From Bacillota bacterium LX-D (GTDB lineage Bacteria; Bacillota; DUOV01; Zhaonellaceae): DNA of 24,000 nucleotides. Numbering within the stretch: the stretch's first letter is position 1; every line of letters begins with the position of its first letter. The position numbers and the translations under genes were made by a program. The notes under the pieces are model-generated. The model saw only the letters and a list, made by a program, of their open reading frames with translations, searched no databases and was not told the DNA's origin. This document shows positions 8,556 to 14,535 of this stretch, piece after piece. Location of the stretch: NCBI GenBank assembly GCA_031628995.1, contig JAVLUO010000010.1, positions 35,003 through 59,002 of the forward strand, read 5' to 3'.

Positions 8556-9626
8556 TTAGATTTCTGGGGTGGTGACTCCGGCAGCGTCAAAAGTAAGCAT
8601 TTTATTAATTACCTGGGCAGCTGCTTCTACGATATTCATAGCTAGGGCTGCACCTGTCCCTTCTCCTAAGCGAAGGTTTAAATTAAGCAAAGGTCTTAGT
8701 CCCAACTCCTGCAGCATAAAGCTGTGGCCGTATTCCTTGGAACGATGGGCAGCAATCATATAATCTAAGGAATTAGGGGCTATTGTCTTAGCCAGCAGTG
8801 CTCCGGCTGTGGAAATAAATCCATCGACGATAACAGGTATCCGATAATAAGCTGCTCCTAAAATGACTCCAGCAATTCCTCCAATTTCAAAGCCTCCAAC
8901 TTTGGCCAGCACATCTACTGGGTCTTTGGGATCAGGCTTATTTATTTCAAGTGCTTGCTGAATTACCCTGGCTTTATTTTCTAAGGCTTCGTCTGTAATT
9001 CCAGTGCCTCTTCCTGTAACTTCACGAGGTGGAAGTCCAAAGAGGGCAGCTAAAATGGCAGTGCTAGGCGTTGTATTGCCAATGCCCATATCTCCTGTAG
9101 CTACTAACTGAACTCCTTGGTCTACCAGTTGACCGACAATTTTAATGCCGGTCAGCAAAGCTGCTTCAGCCTGTTCCCTAGTCATAGCAGCTTCTTTGGC
9201 CATATTTTTTGTGCCCGGGGCAATCCGGCAGGAGATAATCTTGCCTTCCTGGGCAAGGCCGCTTAAATCTGCGGCCACACCCATATCCACAACAACTACT
9301 TGGGCTCCTGCTACTTGGGAAAGAACATTAATGGCGGCACCACCCATAATAAAATTATTAACCATTTGAGGGGTAACTTCTTGCAGAAAAGCACTTACTC
9401 CTTCTTCTACGACGCCGTGATCTCCTGCCATGGTAATTACAGTTTTCTTATGGACAGAAGGCTGTAATGTTTCTTGAATAGCCGCCAGCTGTTCGGCTAT
9501 AACTAGCAGCTCTCCTAAACTACCCTGGGGAATGGCTAAGGTATCTAGATAGTTTTTAGCTTTTTTACGCCATTGGGTACTTACAGGTTTAATAGCAGCA
9601 ATAAATTTTTGCAATTCTGAATTCAT
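8556..9626 (-). CDS. cobT: Nicotinate-nucleotide--dimethylbenzimidazole phosphoribosyltransferase.
   Basis: 356 aa. Typical CobT blocks: PQGSLGELL, MAGDHGV, TGDMGIGNTT, GRGTG, IDGFISTAGAL, LRLGEGTGAALA. Strong RBS AAAGGAGGAAAAAGAA precedes the ATG. Confidence 0.95.
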   Translation of the reverse strand: MNSELQKFIAAIKPVSTQWRKKAKNYLDTLAIPQGSLGELLVIAEQLAAIQETLQPSVHKKTVITMAGDHGVVEEGVSAFLQEVTPQMVNNFIMGGAAINVLSQVAGAQVVVVDMGVAADLSGLAQEGKIISCRIAPGTKNMAKEAAMTREQAEAALLTGIKIVGQLVDQGVQLVATGDMGIGNTTPSTAILAALFGLPPREVTGRGTGITDEALENKARVIQQALEINKPDPKDPVDVLAKVGGFEIGGIAGVILGAAYYRIPVIVDGFISTAGALLAKTIAPNSLDYMIAAHRSKEYGHSFMLQELGLRPLLNLNLRLGEGTGAALAMNIVEAAAQVINKMLTFDAAGVTTPEI

Positions 9627-9650
9627 TTCTTTTTCCTCCTTTTTTCAGGA

Positions 9651-9666
9651 AGTACATGTATGTACT
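9651..9666. repeat. 16-bp near-perfect palindrome in the cobS-cobT spacer.
   Basis: AGTACAT-GT-ATGTACT, with 7-bp arms. It lies about 25 nt upstream of the cobT start. Function unknown. Confidence 0.85.
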
Positions 9667-9689
9667 GAAACCATAAACATGTCCTCTTA

Positions 9690-9715
9690 TATAAAGTATA
9701 ATTATAAAGTATAAT
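9690..9715. repeat. Perfect 13-bp tandem direct repeat, two copies, in the cobS-cobT spacer.
   Basis: Plus strand TATAAAGTATAAT occurs at 9690-9702 and again at 9703-9715. The minus strand reads ATTATACTTTATA twice. It contains TATAAT-like hexamers on both strands. Confidence 0.85.
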
Positions 9716-9722
9716 TTGCTGG

Positions 9723-10460
9723 TTAAAACTTAGTAAAGATAATTAACAACACCATTAAGGACAGTACTTCGATACATTCATGAACAGCACCTAAAGTATC
9801 TCCGGTGATTCCGCCAATTTTTTTCCAGACATACCATTGTAAAAAAGCAGTACCTGCCAAAATGCTCAGTAAAAATAGGATACTTAGATAATGCAGCAGA
9901 AAGAAAGCAGCAAAGAGTACTGTAAAAGAGTTAAAAAAGAGTTGCCAATAGCCCACATATTGGGTAAAGCTGCCAGTACCGGTGGAACGGGCATATTTAT
10001 AAAAGGCAGCTCCATATACTTGGGACCAGCGCCCCAAAGCAGAAGCCAGTACCAAAGCGATTCCCTGACCTGCCAAAGGTATTTGGCTAAGGAGCACATA
10101 TTTCAGCAGCAATGCTAGTGCTCCTGCAGTTACTCCATTGGAGCCTACTCTGCTGTCTTTCATAATTTCTAAAATACGTTCCTTGGGCCTGCCGCTAAAA
10201 AGACCATCAGCAGTATCCATGAGGCCATCATAGTGTAAATTTCCCGTACTAAAAATTAAAAAAGCTAAGGCCAAAAGGTTGCAGACGGGAATGGGCAGCA
10301 AATAAGATAGTCCATACCTTAAAGCTGCGGAACATCCTCCTAAAAGCAGTCCCACTAAGGAAAAATAGGACATAGCTTTAGCAATATTTTTTTCGTCTAT
10401 GGGTCTGGTAATGGTAATAGGAAACTTTGTTAAAAATTGGACTGCAATTAAAAATTCCAT
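9723..10460 (-). CDS. cobS: Adenosylcobinamide-GDP ribazoletransferase (cobalamin synthase).
   Basis: 245 aa polytopic membrane protein with CobS-type blocks (FLTKFPI, HYDGLMDTADGLFS, GGITGDTLGA). RBS ACGGAGG lies 8 nt before the ATG. Confidence 0.93.
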   Translation of the reverse strand: MEFLIAVQFLTKFPITITRPIDEKNIAKAMSYFSLVGLLLGGCSAALRYGLSYLLPIPVCNLLALAFLIFSTGNLHYDGLMDTADGLFSGRPKERILEIMKDSRVGSNGVTAGALALLLKYVLLSQIPLAGQGIALVLASALGRWSQVYGAAFYKYARSTGTGSFTQYVGYWQLFFNSFTVLFAAFFLLHYLSILFLLSILAGTAFLQWYVWKKIGGITGDTLGAVHECIEVLSLMVLLIIFTKF

Positions 10461-10477
10461 AAGTAATGCCTCCGTTA

Positions 10478-11848
10478 TTACTTCTCGTTGCTAATTGGCA
10501 AAGAACCGGACACTGTTCTGGAAGCGGTTTTCGTTTTTAATGCTCTCGAGTACAGCAGAGAACTGACGCATAGACTTAAGAAATAACTAATGTCAGCTCC
10601 ACCTAAATAAGTAGCCAAGGGGCCCGTATAGAGGACTGAACTCATAAAGGGGATGGAAACAGCTACACCGCAGATAAAGGCACCAACGCCTTGCCAACCC
10701 ATTGTTACATTTTGCAGTTCAGGATGTACTTTACGGTAATAAAAATCACACAGGATTACACCTACCCAGGGAGCGATCCAGTAAGAGAGGAGAAGTAAAA
10801 AATTTTCATACATACTAGATAATTCTCCGTGGCCAAAAGATATGGACAAAGCTCCTAAGCAGGCAATTAAAAGAGCTGATGTCCAGCGTTTGAGGGGCAG
10901 CCCCATAGTTAAAGCTGCCAAGCCCCCGCTGTACATAGCCATGGCGTTAACAGGTAAAATGCTAAGGATAATTGTAATGAGAGCAGGGATAGTAAAAGCA
11001 CCCATTAATTGGGCAAAGAAATCCATGGGACCTGTGTGCATGCCTAAGCTTGCTGTTAAAGCACCTAGGATTTCCAGCCAAATGCAAACAGAGCAAGCCC
11101 CCCAAAAGGAAAAGTTTAGAATTTTCCTCTTAGAGGTATTAGCAGGAAGATAGCGGGCATAGTCTGCTCCAATGGGGCAATAGCTGATTTGATAGGAAAA
11201 TGCTACGGCAATTGTGAGGATAAACATACCCAAACTAAAACCGCCAGCAGTGTTTGGTCCGGCCTGAGCTAAAATTTCCGGCAAGTTCTGGACAGTGATG
11301 ACAGACATGATGAGAAAAAGCACTCCGACAATAATGGACATCCAGTGAGCAAAAGAGTGAATAAAATTATAACCATAAATAGCAACTAACAGTGTTGCAG
11401 CTGTAAGAACTAAAAGAGAAAGATGATAGCTTAAAGGGACGATTTTTTGGAGAGCCATAATGGCCAGCACTAGATTCACAGCCAGCCAACCAATATTATT
11501 AATTAGGCTTAAAAAGGATAAGCCAAAAACGCCCGCTTTACCCATGGCTTTTTTGCTAGCGGGAATTAGGGGCTGCCCTAACTCTGGCCCTAGGGTAGAG
11601 ATCATTCCTAAACAGAAAGCGCCGAACACATTGCCTATGAGAATTGCTAAAATGGCGTACTTTAAGGACAAACCAAATTCAATGCCTAAAAAGCCCGTAA
11701 ACCAGCTGACTACGTTTAAATTAATGGCAAACCAAATAGTAAACATTTGCCTCGGGTGGCCATGGCGTTCCTTCTGGGGAATTGGTTCAATTCCATAGGG
11801 TTCAACTTCCAAGACATTTTCCTGGTAGGATTTTTCTTCCATTTCCAT
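10478..11848 (-). CDS. NCS1 / purine-cytosine permease family transporter (CodB/CytX-like). First gene after cobalamin riboswitch 2; substrate unknown.
   Basis: 456 aa with about 12 predicted TM segments. The N-terminal motif PIPQKERHG..QMFTIWFAINLNV is typical of cytosine/HMP permease-like NCS1 proteins. RBS GGAGG lies 7 nt before ATG 11848. The stop is 17 nt before the cobS start. Confidence 0.8.
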   Translation of the reverse strand: MEMEEKSYQENVLEVEPYGIEPIPQKERHGHPRQMFTIWFAINLNVVSWFTGFLGIEFGLSLKYAILAILIGNVFGAFCLGMISTLGPELGQPLIPASKKAMGKAGVFGLSFLSLINNIGWLAVNLVLAIMALQKIVPLSYHLSLLVLTAATLLVAIYGYNFIHSFAHWMSIIVGVLFLIMSVITVQNLPEILAQAGPNTAGGFSLGMFILTIAVAFSYQISYCPIGADYARYLPANTSKRKILNFSFWGACSVCIWLEILGALTASLGMHTGPMDFFAQLMGAFTIPALITIILSILPVNAMAMYSGGLAALTMGLPLKRWTSALLIACLGALSISFGHGELSSMYENFLLLLSYWIAPWVGVILCDFYYRKVHPELQNVTMGWQGVGAFICGVAVSIPFMSSVLYTGPLATYLGGADISYFLSLCVSSLLYSRALKTKTASRTVSGSLPISNEK

Positions 11849-11871
11849 TGTTCTTCCTCCTTAAATTATTT

Positions 11872-11911
11872 AATAAAAAGAAAAGTCCACATCCTAATAA
11901 TAGGTGTGGAC
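11872..11911 (-). terminator. Intrinsic terminator (expression platform) in the leader of the permease-cobS-cobT-bzaCDE operon.
   Basis: Minus-strand reading: GTCCACACCT-attattagg-ATGTGGAC, followed by TTTTCTTTTTATT and then the RBS. The stem begins with the same GTCCAC/GTGGAC core as the riboswitch 1 terminator. Confidence 0.75.
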
Positions 11912-12103
11912 TTTACCTTCATCCTCACTTAAACTTTTACTCGAGGCAGCAGTTTTTCTAGGCAGTCTCCAACTCCGGGAACAGCACTTAATTGCCTCTT
12001 TTCTGGCACAGAGTGGTAAAAAATAAAGCTCCCTCTAAAGATAACTTTACATCGTTCCTTAACCTAACTTGTTACCACTTCCACGCAGATTATGAGCATA
12101 CTA

Positions 12104-12248
12104 CTTTGGCAGGTCTTCTGACTCAAGGCTATCTACTTGCTCACCTTCCCAGCATAAGCCAGTGGTTATCGAGCTTTCGGACCTTACTACAGCGGCGGGA
12201 CCGTATCCTTTAAATGGATTTTCCTATTCTCCAAAATTGGCACCAAAG
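12104..12248 (-). promoter_or_regulatory. Cobalamin (B12) riboswitch aptamer 2.
   Basis: Minus-strand reading: CTTTGGTGCC..GAGAATAGGAAAATCC..GGATACGGTCCCGCCGCTGTAG..CCACTGG..CTGGGAAGG..TTGAGTCAGAAGACCTGCCAAAG. B12 box AGTCAGAAGACCTGCC (plus-strand coordinates 12108-12123). CCCGCCGCTGT core (12189-12199). P1 closes as CTTTGG/CCAAAG. Confidence 0.85.
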
Positions 12249-12271
12249 AGTAATTAGTTTTAACTTTTAAT

Positions 12272-12313
12272 TTATCTTGCTATAACTTAGTTTAACAAGT
12301 TATAGCAAGATAA
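12272..12313. repeat. Perfect 17-bp inverted repeat with an 8-nt spacer in the divergent intergenic region.
   Basis: TTATCTTGCTATAACTT-agtttaac-AAGTTATAGCAAGATAA. It lies 24 nt upstream of the 5' end of the riboswitch 2 P1 helix, so it overlaps where the minus-strand promoter must sit. Confidence 0.9.
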
Positions 12314-12462
12314 TTTATTATAATATTTATTCAACATAATCAACAATTTTCCTGCTAGTAATAGAAAAATTCAAAATAAATTTAACTATTTTTTAAATTT
12401 TTTGATTGTTTTGGCGTTGCTATTTAAAGACAAAATTTTAATAGAAAAAACAATAAATGTCC

Positions 12463-12490
12463 TTGTATCTGTATGTAAGCGGAATATAAT
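12463..12490 (+). promoter_or_regulatory. Putative sigma-A promoter for the KimA-like gene.
   Basis: TTGTAT (12463-12468), 16-nt spacer, TATAAT (12485-12490), about 40 nt upstream of GTG 12532. Hexamer match only. Confidence 0.35.
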
Positions 12491-12531
12491 AAGTAATCAT
12501 TATATTCATCTAAGGAAAGAAGTGTTTAAAG

Positions 12532-14451
12532 GTGAGTTTTAGTTTAATCAAGAGAATCTTAATTGGTCCTCCATTAAAAACAGCTGAGCTGGCTCAACAG
12601 AAAATAGGCAACTTCAAAGCACTGGCTATTTTTTCATCAGATGCATTATCCTCTGTCGCATATGGCACTGAGGAAATACTCTGGGTTTTAGTTGCCGCTT
12701 TAGCATTTAACCTAACTTTGCCAATTTTACTTGCCATAGTCTGCTTACTGGCTTTATTGACCATCAGTTACCGTCAAACAATTTATGAATACCCAAATGG
12801 TGGAGGGTCATTTATCGTCGCCAAGGAAAATTTAGGTTTATACCCCGGTTTAATTGCAGCAGCATCTTTGACAACGGATTATGTATTAACAGTAGCCGTA
12901 TCTGTTTCTGCAGGAATTGCAGCCATAACTTCTGCTTATCCTCAGCTATTGCCATTTAAAGTTGAACTTTGTTTATTATCTATTTGCTTAATTATGCTTG
13001 TAAACTTGCGAGGCATACAAGCATCCGGAACCATATTCGCCATTCCTACTTATGCTTTTCTTTTCTCAACGCTGCTTCTGATTGTCATGGGCTTGCTGAA
13101 AATCCACCAAGGCAATTTTGAGTTAGCTCCCAGCCATCTTCCAATGCATCCTGCCGTGGATTCTGTAACAATATTACTGGTTTTAAGAGCCTTTTCTGCA
13201 GGCTGTACATCTCTGACAGGTGTTGAAGCTATTAGCAACGGGGTACCGGCTTTTCGCAGCCCCGAATCTCATAATGCCGCCAAAACAATGGTTTGGATGG
13301 CTATAGCTTTAGGTATCATGTCTTTAGGTATGGGCTTTTTAGCTTCAGCAATACATATAGTTCCTCATCATGATGAAACTGTAATGAGTCAAATTGCAGG
13401 AATTGTTTTTGGCAAAAACAGTCTTTTTTATATTTTGCATCAGTGGTTTACTATGTTAATTTTAATTTTAGCAGCCAATACAAGTTTTGCAGGTTTCCCC
13501 AGGCTGGGATATATTTTAGCTAAAAGTGGTTTTGTGCCTCGTTCCATGGCTATGAAAGGTGATCGTTTAGTTTATAGCAATGGAATTATTATCCTTGCAG
13601 CTATTGCCGGGCTGCTGATTATAATTTTTCATGGTACTCAGCACTTTTTAATGCCCTTATATGCCATTGGAGTGTTTCTCTCCTTTACATTGTCCCAGGG
13701 TGGAATGGTTATGCACTGGGTTAGATTGAGAAAAGAGAAAAAGGTCCTTGTGCCTTTGCTCATTAATGGCATTGGAGCTCTGGCGACAGGGATCGTTTTA
13801 GTAGTGCTTGCCTGGACAAAATTTACCCATGGGGCTTGGGTCGTACTTTTAATTATTCCTTTCTTCGTTATGTTGTTTAAAAGCATAAATGAACATTATG
13901 CTGCAGTTAGAGCAGAGTTAAAAGTTGGTAAACATGTAGAGATTATTCCCCAAGAAAAACAGCATTTAATTGTCTTGGCCATTGGGGGAACAACTAAAGT
14001 TGCTCGGGATACGGTAGATTATATTTTAACTTTAGTCAATAACCATACTATGATTAGGGCGGTACATGTTAATGTACATAAAGAAGGCCACGAAAAGACT
14101 ATTGAAAGGATTAGGGAATTTTCTACTTGGGTAGAAAATAAAATACCTTTAGACGTACTTGAAAGCCCCTATCGGTCTATTTTAGAGCCTTTAGAAAATT
14201 ATATGCTGGAATTACGCAGAAACTACCCCGATTACACCATTACAATGGCAATTCCGGAATTTTTGACAAGCAACAAACTGGCTAATTTTTTGTTGCATGG
14301 TGATACAGGCAGGTTAATTTACAATCATTTTACAGAGCTAGAGTTTAATGTAATCTTCGTGCCCTATAGAATCAAGACTACGTCTAAAACCGAAAATAAA
14401 AAGTGTTGTCAAAATAACATTGAGGATGCTATAATGATAAAAAATAAATAA
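12532..14451 (+). CDS. kimA: APC-superfamily K+/H+ symporter of the KimA (YdaO) type, with a cytosolic C-terminal domain.
   Basis: 639 aa with a GTG start. It aligns along its length with my recollection of B. subtilis KimA: IKRxLIGxPLK, ALAxxSSDALSSVAYGTEEIL, SYRQxIYxYPxGGG, DYxLTVAVSxSAG, GCxxLTGVEAISNxxPAF, AANTxFxxFP, PLYAxGVFxxFTLSQ. A ~190-aa soluble tail follows. Confidence 0.75.
   Translation: MSFSLIKRILIGPPLKTAELAQQKIGNFKALAIFSSDALSSVAYGTEEILWVLVAALAFNLTLPILLAIVCLLALLTISYRQTIYEYPNGGGSFIVAKENLGLYPGLIAAASLTTDYVLTVAVSVSAGIAAITSAYPQLLPFKVELCLLSICLIMLVNLRGIQASGTIFAIPTYAFLFSTLLLIVMGLLKIHQGNFELAPSHLPMHPAVDSVTILLVLRAFSAGCTSLTGVEAISNGVPAFRSPESHNAAKTMVWMAIALGIMSLGMGFLASAIHIVPHHDETVMSQIAGIVFGKNSLFYILHQWFTMLILILAANTSFAGFPRLGYILAKSGFVPRSMAMKGDRLVYSNGIIILAAIAGLLIIIFHGTQHFLMPLYAIGVFLSFTLSQGGMVMHWVRLRKEKKVLVPLLINGIGALATGIVLVVLAWTKFTHGAWVVLLIIPFFVMLFKSINEHYAAVRAELKVGKHVEIIPQEKQHLIVLAIGGTTKVARDTVDYILTLVNNHTMIRAVHVNVHKEGHEKTIERIREFSTWVENKIPLDVLESPYRSILEPLENYMLELRRNYPDYTITMAIPEFLTSNKLANFLLHGDTGRLIYNHFTELEFNVIFVPYRIKTTSKTENKKCCQNNIEDAIMIKNK
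14406..14435 (+). promoter_or_regulatory. Putative glnA promoter embedded in the last codons of the KimA-like gene.
   Basis: TTGTCA (14406-14411), 18-nt spacer, extended -10 TGcTATAAT (14427-14435). The predicted start near 14442 gives a ~95-nt leader containing the terminator below. Confidence 0.5.
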
Positions 14452-14457
14452 TTTTTA

Positions 14458-14471
14458 AGGCAATGGAGCCT
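14458..14471 (+). promoter_or_regulatory. ANTAR-type hexaloop hairpin (candidate antiterminator element) in the glnA leader.
   Basis: AGGC-AATGGA-GCCT. The hexaloop AATGGA fits the AANGRR loop (A at position 1, G at position 4) of the AGCAANGRRGCU element I recall for ANTAR targets. Its 3' arm GCCT (14468-14471) is also the start of the terminator 5' arm. Confidence 0.4.
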
Positions 14472-14510
14472 ATAAGTTGCACATCTGTGTACACTTATAG
14501 GCTTTTTTAT
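14467..14510 (+). terminator. Strong intrinsic terminator. It ends the KimA-like transcript and acts as a likely attenuator directly in front of glnA.
   Basis: AGCCTATAAGT TGCAC-atct-GTGTA(c)ACTTATAGGCT, giving 11 + 5 bp with one bulge, followed by TTTTTTATTT. The U-tract ends only about 13 nt before the glnA RBS (GGAGG 14523-14527). Confidence 0.8.
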
Positions 14511-14535
14511 TTACCAAGAAGTGGAGGGGTATATA

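Noticed and set aside
4726-11798. Assorted internal or antisense track ORFs: 4726..4935, 4877..5059, 4896..5102, 6586..6813, 7049..7378, 8067..8258, 8569..8763, 9145..9369, 9884..10099, 9891..10118, 10842..11153 and 11460..11798.
   Set aside because: All are nested in longer ORFs with clear family motifs (rSAM, methyltransferase, CobT, CobS, NCS1). None has a credible SD plus start or a recognisable domain.
11747-12213. Plus-strand ORFs 11747..11932 and 11992..12213 in the permease leader region.
   Set aside because: They are antisense to the riboswitch 2 aptamer and terminator. They lack an RBS, and their content is dictated by the structured RNA on the other strand.
14400-14425. Possible TnrA/GlnR box (TGTNA-N7-TNACA) near the glnA promoter: TGTTGTCAAAATAACA.
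   Set aside because: The half-sites or spacing do not fit. The options are TGTTG-N6-TAACA, or TGTCA with no proper partner. The locus uses an ANTAR regulator rather than a MerR-type GlnR.
14440-14456. All-A/U hairpin (AAAAAT-aaata-ATTTTT) as the first hairpin of a dual ANTAR site.
   Set aside because: It has a pentaloop without the conserved G, is thermodynamically negligible, and may lie partly upstream of the start site. It is kept only as a caveat in the glnA leader finding.
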